A DNA stretch of 64,000 nt from Geosiphon pyriformis uo1 (Eukaryota; Fungi; Glomeromycota), in the NCBI GenBank assembly GCA_016748015.1, contig JAAOMT010000061.1, positions 62,001-126,000 of the forward strand. The letters run 5' to 3'. The stretch's first letter is position 1. Every line of letters begins with the position of its first letter. Shown here piece by piece: positions 1 to 12,596 of the stretch. The notes under the pieces are model-generated. The model searched no databases. It had not been told where the DNA came from and saw only the letters and a program-made list of their open reading frames with translations. The position numbers were made by a program, and so were the translations under genes.

Positions 1-263
1 GGAATGGTGCTTGGTGGTTGATTTTCAACTTTAGTGTTTAAGTATCTGATTATAGTTCTTTTTGGTATCTCAATAACATCTTCAATTGTGTTGTAGATAA
101 TAATTTTGATGTGTTTAGGGCTTTTGGCTAATATATAAAAATTGGTAAGTCCAATCTCTCTTGTTTTACAAATAGTTGTTTTTGCTTCAAACATTTGAGC
201 TTGACCTTTTACTTTTCTTTCTATTATTAACATGTATTAATCATATGATAGAATGGAAATTGA

Positions 264-791
264 TTAATGAGTGGAGATAATTTTTCCCTTGTCAATAATT
301 TCTTTCTCTGTCATATTAACTGGTATGTCTATTCTACCTATTGATCTGAATCTCTGTATTTCTCTAGCTGTAATTTCTAATTCTTCTCTGTTTTCTACTA
401 ATACTAATTGAGCTACTTTAACCAAAGACAGGAATATTGCCTGTGCTATCTTTTCATTTGGCTTTATGATATAGGCTATTTTTGAGTCATTTTGTAGCAT
501 AGCAATAATATTTCCTACATATTTTGCATCAATTATTCCTCCTCTAATGTTAATTTCTTTTCTTACTAAACTACTCCTGGATGCTAATTGAACTATTGTT
601 GTTGCTAGAATTTCCAGTGCTATTTTAAGATCAATGCAGATGCATGAGTATGGTTTCAATTTGATAGTATCTGTTTCTGGATATTTTAGATCAAAATCTG
701 CATCAGTATCATGCACACATTTTGGCATGATACTCTCATCATTGTCACTAAACCATTTTAGTTTCTGCTCTTTGAAGAGGTCAAGGAGCAC
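264..791 (-). pseudogene. retroelement-encoded dUTPase domain (copy A)
   Basis: Decayed dUTPase motifs I-V: HDTDADFDL, QLASRSSL, GGIIDAKYVGNI, EKIAQAIF, TAREIQRFRSIG; part of a broken pol frame. Confidence 0.88.
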
Positions 792-3700
792 AATGTATTG
801 TTTGGAATTTGAATCAAAGTTTGAATCATTGTAATTTTCGTTGCCATTTTAAACAGAGCTGGAATCATTATTTTCATCATTGTCATTGTTGAAGTTTGAA
901 TTGGAATTAAACAGTAATTCCGATTCCAATCCACAGCTACTAATTGGTTTTTCTTCTTTTGGGATCATGTAAATTATACATAGTAGTGGATTGTAAATGA
1001 AATTACACTTATTACAATATTAAAAGTCATAGGAAATTAGACAATGTTAACATAATTAAATATTCAACTGCTCTAAACACTGCTCTTGTTCTTCTTTAGT
1101 GAATGTTAGTTACTGGTAATGTTTATGGAATTTTTTCAGATCATCTTCAATGTTGCCAAAGACATTGAAAGTTTGGACGTATTCAAATTCAGGAAGAGAT
1201 AGAAAGTTGTTTTTGATTTTCAGTAGTTTACTGGTTGTTGCATCTTCTGTTTTCACACTTGCCATTCTCCAGATTTCATGTTCATCGTGAGGATATCCTT
1301 CCAATTATTACAACACTCATTTTCAGGCATTGTCAATTAATGTTCTCTTGTGTACCCAGTCATTGATTAAGATTATATACTGACACATTTTATCACATGT
1401 TCCTCCATGTCCAGAAATGTCATTCTACATTTTTTTGTTAGGCAAAATAGTTTTACATGCAAAGCACAATTCATTGTCTCATTTTTCCTGCCATTTTGGT
1501 CATCCAAAGCATTTTATGATGCATGGGCGACAGTAAAATTGTGTTGCTGTGGAGTATTTTTTGTTGTCACCACAGCATGCACTCATTGATGACAATTTCT
1601 TGTCACAATTGATGCATATAAGCTTTGGTTGGTGATAGGTGGATTGTTGTGGTGTAGTATAGGTGTAGGAATTATAAATAGTGGTGTTGGTGGGTGTTAT
1701 TTCTTTCTTCTTTTTTTTTTTTTCCCTTATTGCTTTCTTCCTCCTCTCAAGTTATTAGCTCTTTCTGGTTATTGTCAGTTTCCCAGACTTGGTTGGAATT
1801 CCAGGTAAGTTTTTTTTTTCTTTCTTTTCCTATTGTTGTCTTAAGAAAGTATTAATAATAACTTGTTGTGGTCTTCATTGGCCCAAAAAACTTAGTATGC
1901 TTCCCAGGTAGGTTTTTTTTTTCCTTCCAGTTTGATCAATAGTTGTTTTCCTAAAGAAGCTTAAAAATGTCTACACATGGCTGGGACTCACATGTATTAA
2001 TCATTTTGGCCGAGTTGTAGTTCTTGTGTAGTCTAGTCGAGTATGGTATTGGTTTTGAACAGCCAATTATTACCAACTAAGGCTTGGTACTGAGTGGCTT
2101 CTATTACCAAAACTTTAATAAATATAATAAGACCATTAATTTCAAATAGAAACTCATCAATCTTACCAATAGACATTTTTGTGGCTCCATTAGCAGTAAT
2201 GATTCTTGCACTGGCAGCATGTTCAACTTAGTGACTTAATTGATCCATAAGTTGCCTGGTGATAATGCTGCCTACTGAACCACTATCTAGAATCAGTTTT
2301 ATGGCCTGACTATTAACTTTAGCATTAGTGTACATGACAGTAATGGGTTTTTCCTTGAGTGCAGCTCCACTGAACAATGGTGTTTGTGACAGTTCCTTAT
2401 ATTCAAATGGAAAAATTGCTGCTAGTGATTCATTGTTGGTTATGGTGGTTGAAGGTATATTGCTAGTAGGTAATTTGTTTTGGTTGGGTTCCTGGTTGTT
2501 GAATGAAACATCTTTTGGAGTAACTAAAAGACTTAAATAGTGTTGGGCATTTGGGTTTTGGGTGTACTTGGTGTCCAAATTTTGTTGTTGAGATCCTGAT
2601 GTCTGAGTTGAGGAACTGGAGATCAGTTGATGGACTACTATCACTAATCTCCAGCTTTGTTGTGTTGTTCTTGGCCTGTGGATTCCATTTTGAGGTAAGT
2701 TTTGTGGCAGTATTGAATTTTGTTGAGGTTGATAAATTATTTAAGGCTGCGGCTGATAAATAGGTTGGAACTGCAGTTGATAAATGATGGGTGTTGTCAG
2801 CTGATAGATTGGAGCTTAATATACAAGTGGTTAATAAATTGGCTATTGTGTCATTTGGGTGTAATGAGATAAGTATTGATTCTAATTTGGATATTGATTC
2901 GGAGTTTGAAACTTGCAATTGGGGTTTCAATATTGATTTCCTAATCATGAGTTATTATTATAAAAATGACAGTCAACTCTCAAATGGCCTTGTTTACCAC
3001 AATTGTGGCAGATACACATTTTTTATTGCCATGGCTGATTGGATGATAATAAAAAATGTGACTGATTTTGAAAGTAATTTATGTTTCTGGAATTATTGTA
3101 TTATTAGGGTGGCTGATAAATTGTGTGATTGTCAGCTAAGTACTCTTCTAATTTCTGATTAATTGAATCATTAAATTGCTTTAATTTGGAATCCAAGTCA
3201 GATGATCCATTTATTACTAGATTTACAGCTTGGGCATGATTGGCTTCTAATTCAACAGCTTCAAAATCTCTGGTGTTTGTAACTGTGGCTTGAAGGTCTA
3301 CTGAATGCATTAGATGTACATGTTGAAGGATACTACTGTATAGACTTTTAATGAATTGATTTAGAATTTGTGGTGCTGTGAAATAGTTGGCTTGAATTGC
3401 CTGAATTTAACACAAATTTCTATGGAAGTGCTCTAGATAGATAGTAACTGCTTCATTTTTTCCTTGTTTAATAGTAGTAAAGGTATTTGTTAGATAATTA
3501 ATACTATTATTATTGCTGAAGTATTGTAGGAATGCAAGCTTGAATGTATTGAAATCCTGAGGTTTGTTGGCCAAGCTTTGATACCAAGAGTTGATGGTAT
3601 TCTAGTGAAAATAGGGGATAGCTTATATGGCTTTGGTGTTATTCCATCCATTGGCTGTGATGGCTTTTTCCACATCATTTAGTCACACTTAGACATTGTT

Positions 3701-4623
3701 CTTTTTGCTGGTGAATTTTTCAATTTTGGTAATAGGTACATATGCTATTAGTACTAATGGTAGTTGTTGTTGTGATTGTGGTTGTTGTTGTAGTTACTGC
3801 TAGGGTGGTAGTTATGGCTGTTGTTGTTGCTGTTCATCGATTGATGAGGCTGGTAGTGGATTAATTATGATTATTGGAGGTAAGTTTTCTTGATTAATAA
3901 TGTTAAGATTTATATTGTTCTGGTTTTCTGAAGTTTGATTAACTGGAGTTTCAATTTTTAAATTTTTTAGGATTGGGTTTTGCTTGCTAATTTCTTGATT
4001 GCTATTTTCTTCTTCCTTGAAGTCAGTTACTTCCCAAGGACTAATGGCTCCAAAATCTGGTTGTGGTAGTATTGATCAAATTTCTGATGGCATTGGGGAT
4101 CGCAATTTAAATTCCTCAAAATAATTGCCATATGTTCCCAATAACTCTGCTTTCTTTTGTTTACTTTAGAATGAGATTCTGTTTAATGGTATTGTTGTAC
4201 TTGCTGTAGTTGTGCTTATTATATTGATAGTGCTACTGGGTGTGTAGTGATATGATGGATTAGCAGGTGAATCAAATTTTTGTTTCTTCCAAGTGGATAG
4301 TTAGATTTGTTTTGGTGTTCTTGTTAGTATTTGTAATCTTTCTTTTCTTTGAAGTAGTTCACTGAAAAAATTGTTGAAGGTGGATTCTGGATCTCCTTGG
4401 CCTTCCAAATAATATACAATTTTTTTGTTAACATAGCAGTTGAAAGCTAATTTTGTTGGCCAATTATTATTTGTTAATCCAAAATAAATGTAATAGTATT
4501 GGAATAAAGAGTTTGTAAATTCCAAATGGTTTGTTTCTGTTTCTTTAGATTCTGCTACTGTTTCAGATAGGTGTTTGTTGGTACTGGTTTTCTGTAGGAT
4601 TATATTTCACAGAGAGCACCAAA

Positions 4624-5403
4624 TGTTACAGGTGATTATTTGGGGTCTCAAAACAAATAACAAACTCATAACTTGGTGCTTAATTGATAGTTAATGATGT
4701 TGGTTTCTGAAGGTTTTTGTGATCTAAAGGGTTAGGTTGAGTTCTTTGTATAATGAACAAAGATTTAATTGATAGTTTTATCTGTAGCTTCCCGAAACCA
4801 CAGTTTTGTCAATTTTTTTCTTAGCGTGATGGCTGGTAATCTTCTTGGTAAGCTATCCTCAAATCTAAGTGTCTACTCTTATTTCTGGATCTTTTACCAG
4901 TGCTATATTTTGACATTAGTATCTCTGCGTGTGAATTTTTTTAATCAAACAGAAGAAACAACAAGAGAAAACAACAGAAAATAAATAAAGTTAAAGAATA
5001 AGCCAAGGCAATAATAGTTAGTATCCTGTCAATAGCTGTAATCAAAAGCTATTGTTCCAATGTGATTTAAGTATTAATTATTATCAACATGAAGTGTTAA
5101 TAGTGAGGAGTGAATTTAAGATATTAAATAATTATTTATTAATATTTGTAATGTGGAAAGTTGCTTTAGATCAAATCTAAGCTGAGAGGTCTGTCTTTTC
5201 TTCTTTTAATACTACTGCTATATATACATAATTAATGTTCTACAAGATCACTCACATTCCTAAGCAATGTGCTATAATTTTTTGAACAATGTGCCATAAT
5301 TTTTAATATTGCTCCACATTGCTAAGCAATGTGCTTATGTGCTAACTATTACTCCTTTATTGGTTTACTATTTTCTATATCTGTTTTCTTTTTATGAATA
5401 ACA
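4624..5403 (-). repeat. 5' LTR of copy A (U3 with CACATTGCT..GCAATGTG repeats)
   Basis: TG...CA termini, adjacent PBS at ~4605-4621, R/U5 similar to the LTRs at 5464, 24909, 30654 and 38177. Confidence 0.88.
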
Positions 5404-5463
5404 TTGCATGTCATCTTTTGAGGTGTTATATATATTTCTTTCTGAGATTTCAGATATTGGTGT

Positions 5464-6331
5464 TGTTACTCATAAAATATAGAAAATATATTAGCATATA
5501 AATTAGCCAATCAGAAATAACCATAGTAAAAGTAGAATTCCAAAATTTTTTTCCAGAGGAATTGCAGAATTCCAGGAATTTCAAGATTCTTATTTAAAGA
5601 AATTGCAGGATTCCAGAATTCCAGAATTCCTCTCAAAAAAAATTGCAAGATTCCAGGAATTCCAGAATTCTTGGTATGAAGAATTGAAGAATTGAGGAAT
5701 CTTAATTATATATATATAGCAGTAGCATTAAAAAGAGAAAAGGCAGAATCCTTTAGTTAGAGACCTCCCAGTTTAGATCTAATCTAAACAACCTTCCATT
5801 TACAAATATTAATAAATAATTATTCACTATCTTAATCTACTCTCTATTATCAACACTTTATGTTGATAATAATTAATACTTAACCATACTGAAACAATAG
5901 CTTTTGATCATGGCTATTGACGGGATACTAACTTGCAATTGCTTTTGTTTATTTTTTATCTTCTTTTATTTTCTTTTCTTTTTTTTTTTGTTATTTATTA
6001 ATTTTACTAAGTTGATTAAGAATTAAGCACTGAGATACAGATGTCATAGGGACTGGTAAAAAATCTGTAAAACAAGAGTAGAACACTCATAGATTTGAGG
6101 ATAGCTTACTAGAAGGATTAATGGCCACCACACTGAGAAAAAAATTTGACAGAATTGTGATTCCTGGAGACTACTGAAAACAACTATTCAATCTCTGTCT
6201 ATTATACAAAAAACTCCACAACAAAACCTTCAGATCAACAAAACCTTCAGATATCAACACCAGAATACCAACCAAGCACCAAGTTACAGATTTGTTATTT
6301 GTCTTGAGACCCCAAATAATTATCTGTAACA
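5464..6331 (+). repeat. 5' LTR of copy B (U3 with GGAATTCC/TTCCAGAA arrays, TATA-like run ~5707-5718)
   Basis: TGTTAC...GTAACA inverted termini; matches the 3' LTR pieces at 14575-15188 (inverted) and ~15303-15555, and the solo LTR 38177-39006. Confidence 0.92.
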
Positions 6332-6333
6332 TT

Positions 6334-6350
6334 TGGTGCTCCCTGTAAGG
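6334..6350 (+). promoter_or_regulatory. primer binding site (tRNA-complementary), consensus TGGTGCTCCCTGTGAGG
   Basis: Begins 2 nt after the LTR end with TGG (complement of tRNA CCA); conserved in copies A, C and D; the implied tRNA 3' end ...CCUCACAGGGAGCACCA resembles elongator Met or Ile(UAU), identity not established. Confidence 0.8.
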
Positions 6351-8600
6351 TATAATTTTACAGAGAACCAGCACCAACAACAATCATCCAAAAGTGGCAG
6401 AATCAGAAATCATAGGAGCAAACCATTTAGAATTCGCCAAATTCTTGTTTCAATAGTACAGCCAACAATTAGGATTAAACAATAACCATTTCCCAGTGGA
6501 ATCAGCCTTTAACTTCTACGTTAACAATAAAATCACAGACTGCTTAGGAGGAACAATTGACATTAAATCTGCAAAAGAAAACTTCTATACAGAATTATTT
6601 CAACATACCAGTTTACTAAGAAATTACAGTTTCACACCAATCATTAAGGAAATTAATCAAACTATTGAAAGATACACACAACAACAATTCCTCATTACCT
6701 ATGCAGACAAAGACAAAAAAAAGTTGCAAACACCAGTGGTAACACCAAAACCAATAAAACCACCCACTTAGAAGAAAACCAAAGTTAAATCACCAAAAAA
6801 CCTATTATACCACTATACATCCAGAAGCACCATTAACATCTCATTAATAGACACATCCACATTACATGCAACATCAACATTTGGATGACTCTCATTCCAA
6901 AGTAAACAAAAGAAAGCAGAATTACTAGAAACCTATGGTGATTATTTTGAAGGATTTAAATCACAATTGCCAACACCATCAGAATTCTGATTACTGCCAT
7001 CTCAACCAGATTTCAGAAACATGAGTCCCTGGGAGATAATGGAATCAGAAGAAGAAAAAAAAGAAAAAGCCGAAGATCAAGAATTTACTTATCAGAAACC
7101 AATTCCAAAAAACTCAGATATTGAAATTCCAAACTTTCAGACTCAGCAAGATCCAAATTTAGAAAATCTAGAAATTGAAACTCCGAACTTTCAAACTTCT
7201 CAAAATCTGAACAATACAAACCATGAAACAATTAATCAGGAAAATGTACCTTCAGTAATCATCATTAATTAACCACCAATTGAACCAATTATTGAACCGA
7301 TTCAACCGCAGCCACTTCAACCATTCTAACAATTACAACAGCTGCTTCAACATCTACAACAACAACTTCAACAACCAAACTTGGATTCAATGGCTTATAC
7401 TCTAATAGCAAAACTTGAGAAATTCACTGGTGAAGAAGACAATGTTCAAATATGGCTCAACAATGTTGAAAAAGCCATTACAGCCAATGAATAGAATGAC
7501 ACAAGAGTACTCCAAGCCATTCCATATTTCTTATAGAATACTGCCGACTTGTGATATCAAAGTTTAGTCATCAAATCTCAAACATTCCAGGAATTTAAAA
7601 TTGCATTCTTAGAATATTTTAGTAATAATAACAGTATTAATTGCCTGGCCAACACCTTCACCACAATCAAACAAGGAGAAACTGAAGCAGTTATCACTTA
7701 CTTGGGATATTTCCACAGGAATTTGCACCAAATTCAAGCAATTCAAGCTGACTATTCTACAGTGCCACAGATTCTAAACCAGTTTATTAAAGGATTGTGC
7801 AGTAGCATTCTCCAGTGTGTATGCTCAATGCATCCAGCAGACTTTCAAGCCACAGTTACAAACACCAGAGATTTTGAATTGGCTAAACTTGAAGCAAACT
7901 ATGCCCAAGCCATAAATCTAGTAATGAACAGATCATCTAAATTGAATTCTAAACTAAAACAATTCAGTAATTCAATCAATCAGAAATTAGAAAGATACTT
8001 AGCTAACAATCATGTAATTTATTAACCTCCCCAACAATGCAATAATCAAGGAAACTCAAATTATGCCCAAAATTAATTGCATCCAGTATCGTCAACCAAT
8101 CAACCATGGCAACAGAAAATGCATGTATGCCACTACTGTGATAAACAAAGGCATTTAAGGATTAACTGTAGGTTAAGGATAGATAACCAATGATTGAAAA
8201 ATTAATATCAAAACCCCAATTGCCAGTTTCCAACTCGGAGTTATCAACTCAACCCAGCACCATATCAACCAACTTACCTACCAATGACACAACAGCCAAT
8301 ATATCAACCATCCATATATTAATCTTCAGTTTATCAACCACAACCACCAGTAATATAGCCACAAATAATCTATTAGACACCCACAGTTCAAACACTACCA
8401 TCAAACCCAGCTTAAATGACATCAGAAAATCTCAGATCAAGAGTTACCCAGAATTGGAGATTGACAATGATTGTTCACCAACCAATTCCCAATTCATTCA
8501 ACCAGCTGTCAGGATCACGACCGCAGAGTTTAAAAACCAGGTATACTTAAAATCCAAGTTTTCAGAACTATTTAAGTCTTCTGGTTACCCCAGAAGACAC
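6350..8600 (+). pseudogene. gag of copy B (capsid-like region, CCHC zinc knuckle, Q/P-rich linker)
   Basis: IAKLEKFTGEEDNVQIWLNNVEKAI; KQGETEAVITYLGYF; CHYCDKQRHLRINC (~8128-8170); CAA>TAA stops. Confidence 0.82.
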
Positions 8601-8613
8601 CCCATCCAATAAC

Positions 8614-9130
8614 TTGGAAACAAACCAGAAATTACTTACCAGCAACATACCACCAGCCACTATCATGGAAGACAGGTCCCTAGCAGCTATCTTTCCTTTT
8701 GAAATTGAAGAACTGACAGAAACCCCTTTGTTCAGTGGAGTCACACTCAAGGAAAAACTCATTACAGTGATGTATACTAATGCCAAAATTGATAATCATT
8801 CCATCAAACTGATTCTAGATAGCAGATCAGCTGGCAACATCATCACAAGACAGCTCATAGACCAATTAGATTACCAAATTAATTAAGCTGCCAGTGCAAG
8901 AATAATTACCACTGATGGAGCCACCAAAACTCCAATTGGTGAAATAGATGCCCTATTCATTGAAGTCAACAGTATTATTGTACTGATCAAGATATTAATT
9001 ATGAAAGCCACTCAGTACCAAGTGCTAGTTAGTAATAACTGGTTAATTAAAACAAATGCTGTGCTCAACTAAAACATGCAGAAACTGCAGCTTAGCTAGA
9101 ACAGTCAACATATGCAGATACCTACCATGT
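8614..9130 (+). pseudogene. aspartic protease of copy B
   Basis: MYTNAKIDNHSIKLILDSRSAGNII (DSG active site mutated to DSR) and a downstream LVSNNWL motif. Confidence 0.85.
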
Positions 9131-10373
9131 GTAGACACTTCAAACCTATTATCACGCCATCAGCTCTACTTATCAAATTTAAAGAAGAAAAAAAAAACCT
9201 ATCTGGAAAGCCTACCAAGTCTTGTGGGCCAACAAAGACCAAAACAAGTTACCACCAATACTCTCGTAAGACAACAATAGAAAAGAAAAGAACAAAGAAG
9301 AACCTACCTGGAATTCCAACCAAACATAGGGAACCAATGACAACCAGAAAGAGCTAATAGATTGGAAATGAGAAAGTACAAAAGGAAAAAGAAAGAGGAG
9401 AGAGGAAGAACCAATTCCAACCAATACCATCACTTATTATTCTTATACATATACACCACCACTACTATTTATCTATTGTCAACCAAAGCTTATATGTGTT
9501 GATTGTAATAAGAAATTGTCATCAATGGGTGCATGCTGTGGCAATGATAAGGAATACCAAATGATAACCAAGTTTTACTGCTGCTCATGTGTTGTAGAAT
9601 GCTTTAGAAGACCAAAACAGGTAAGAAAATAGAATAATAAACCTTGTTTAGCTTGTGGAGAAACTTTTTTAGATAAAGGAATGTGGAATGACATTCCTAG
9701 GTGAGAAGGAATATGTGACAAATCGTGTCAATACACAATTCTAATAAGTAACTGAGTAAGAAAAGAAACGCCCATAGATGCTGCCTGGAGACAAGCAGCC
9801 AAATGCTTGGATGGTTGTTCACATGACAACAACAAAACTTGGCGAATGGCTTTTGCCAAAATCGAAAGAGTGTCATTAGAAAAAATAAGAATGATCAAAA
9901 ATAACCCACCAGAACCCATAGAACTTGACTGAGACCCAGAACCAGTCATAAATCTCTTAAACTCAGAACAATTTCATGAACACTACCAAGAGCTAGCACC
10001 TACAAGAAAAGAGCAAAAGCAATGCTTAGAAAAAATCAACACTCAATTATATGATTACTGTTTGATTCTCTATGACTTTCAATATTGTAATAAGTGTGAC
10101 CTCATTTACAATCCACCAACCTGTATAATCTACATGATCTCTGAAGAAGAAGAATCAATCAGCAGCTGCACATTAGAATCGGAATCAAATTACAATCCCA
10201 ATTCAAACTCTAACAATAATGACAATGAAAACAATAGTTCCAGCTCAGCTCAATATAGCAATGATTTAGACTCAGATTCAAACTCTGATTTAAACCATGA
10301 ACAATATATTGTGCTTTCTAATTTTTTCAAAGAGCAGGAACTCAGATAGTTCAGTGATAATAATGAAGGTATT

Positions 10374-10838
10374 ATGCCAGAATGCATGCATGATACCGAT
10401 GCAGGATTTAATCTGAAATATCTGCGAAAAAATCCCATCAAATTGGAATTTCATTTGTGTACCTGTATTGATCTCAAAATAGCACTAGAAATCCCAACAA
10501 CAATCATGGTTCAATTGACATCTAGAAGTAGTTTAGCAAAAAAAGGAATTAACATCAGAGGAGAAATAATTGACACAGAATACATAGAAAATATTATTGC
10601 TATGCTACAAAATGACTTGGAAAAAGCATATATTATAGACCTAAACGAAAAGATAGCACAAACAATATTCCTACCTCTGGTAAAAATAGCTCAGTTAGTA
10701 TCAGTGGAAAACAAGGAAAAACTAGTGATTACAGCAAAAGGGATACAGAGATTCAAATCCACAAGTAGAATAGATGTACTAGTTAATATGGCAAAGGAAG
10801 AAATTATTGACAAGGGAGAAATTATCTTCACTCATTAA
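10374..10838 (+). pseudogene. dUTPase domain of copy B
   Basis: HDTDAGFNL / QLTSRSSLA / RGEIIDTEYIENI / EKIAQTIF / TAKGIQRFKSTS match dUTPase motifs I-V. Confidence 0.88.
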
Positions 10839-11199
10839 CCAATTTTCATCCCATCATATGACCAGTACATAGTAGTTATAAAAAGAGAAGTAACACTTTG
10901 TAAATCATAAAAGATCAGATTAATCAATCTATATATACCAGCCAAAAACCACAGCCACATCAAAATCCCCATTTACAACAATATGGGAGACATTATTGAG
11001 ATACCAGAAGAAATCACCATTGGATACTTGACCACAGAAATTGAAGACCAATTCTCAAACACCATTTCAGACTTTCCACAACTGTGTAAATATGTGAATA
11101 TCACATCTCAAATCATATATGGATGAGAAAAATGTTATTTGCTTCAATCAGAACAATTGGAACAAATAAACATGAGAAACTTAGATCCACTACAACATA

Positions 11200-12560
11200 T
11201 ACAACTTAAGATGTTACTCAGCAATTTCAATAACATCTTCGCCAGCAAAAATGAGTTTGGCAGAACTAATATAATCCAGCATTAGATCAAAACTGAAGAT
11301 GCAATGCCAATTAAACAGAGAGCATACAGAGTACCACTAATTAGCCATGAGATCATTCATCAAGAAATCAATTAGATGCTTAACAATGGGCTAATTCAGC
11401 CATCAATGAGTCCATGGTCATTACCAGTGGTACTAGTCCAAAAAAAGAATGGGAAAATCTGCTTTTGTGTAGATTATTAAAAGTTGAATGGAGTAACCAA
11501 AGGAGATAGCTATTCAACACCAAAGATCCAAGAGCTGTTTGATGCTTTTGGAGAAAAGAAATGGTTTTCAACGTTAGACTTAGACAGTAGTTACTGGCAA
11601 GTAGTCATGAAACCAGAGGACAAAGAGAAAATGGCTTTCACAACTCAAGAAGGAAACTTTGAATTTGAAGTAATGCCATTTGGCTTGATGAATACTCCAG
11701 CCACTTTTCAGTGACTTATGGAAATTATTTATATTGGACTACTATGGAAATCAATAGTCGTATACTTGGATAACACCAATGTGTTCTCAAAAACATTCAA
11801 TGATCATTTGCATTATCTCCAACAAATGTTTGAAAGACTAAAAAGAGCCGGATTAAAGCTAAATATAACCAAATGTTTCTTTGGGAAAACTGAATTCAAG
11901 TTTTTGGGACATGTTGTGAGTAAAGACAGATTCAAAACAGATCCAGACAAAATTGAGATTGTCAAAAACTTTCCAGTACCAAATAATCTCACAGAATTAA
12001 GAGTATTCTTGGGATTTGCAGGATATTACTGCTGCTTTATCAAGAACTTTTCCAAAATAGCTTAACCACTACATCAACTCCAAACAAAAAACACCAAATA
12101 TGAATGGACTGAAACTCAACAAAAAGCTTTTAACACATTAAGAAAAAAGCTTATTCAAGCCCCAATACTGATCTATCCAGATCATAGCAAGCCATTCATA
12201 ATAACAACCAATGCATCTGGTCAAGCATTGGGAGCAGTACTATTGCAGAGAGAACCAGATAAAAGAGAGCATCCAGTAGCTTATGCCAGTAGAAGCTTAA
12301 GCCCAGCTGAAAAAAACTATGGAACTCTAGCACTAGAACACTTAACTATCTATTGGGCTGTCATCAAGTGGAAAGAATACTTGAGTCAAAAGTTTGATGT
12401 ATATACTGATCACAAAGGATTGACTTCAATTCAGAAGCAGAAATTTGGAGATGACTGTCATGCCAGATAGAAAATAGAACTTTCACTATTTAATTATACA
12501 GTACATTACAAAAAATGAAAAGAAAACAGAAATGCTAACAGTTTGTCACGAATGAGACAA
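11200..12560 (+). pseudogene. reverse transcriptase and RNase H of copy B
   Basis: PIKQRAYR, SPWSLPVVLVQKKNGK, LDLDSSYWQV, VMPFGLMNTPATFQ, VYLDNTNVFS (YLDD), FLGHVVS, TNASGQALGAVL, VYTDHKGL. Confidence 0.93.
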
Positions 12561-12596
12561 ATCTAAAAACATTTCAACCCAAAAATATAACAAAAA

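Larger units (their letters stand above)
1..5403 (-). mobile_element. Ty3/Gypsy LTR retrotransposon family 1, copy A (5' LTR, gag, protease, Cys-rich domain, dUTPase; runs off the window start), degenerate
   Basis: LTR 4624-5403 followed on the minus strand by PBS TGGTGCTCTCTGTGA; protease motif IKLILDSGSVGSII (ORF 2228-2644); dUTPase ORF 264-791; colinear with copy B. Confidence 0.93.

Noticed and set aside
5530-5705. CRISPR-like or satellite array
   Set aside because: Short degenerate 8-10 bp units without unique spacers, located inside LTR U3; no cas genes
8190-8612. Thr/Ser/Asn-rich ORF (also 2463-2948) as a separate overlapping gene
   Set aside because: It is the alternative frame of the Gln/Pro-rich gag-protease linker; the real frame is broken by CAA>TAA while this frame is less prone to gaining stops by C>T
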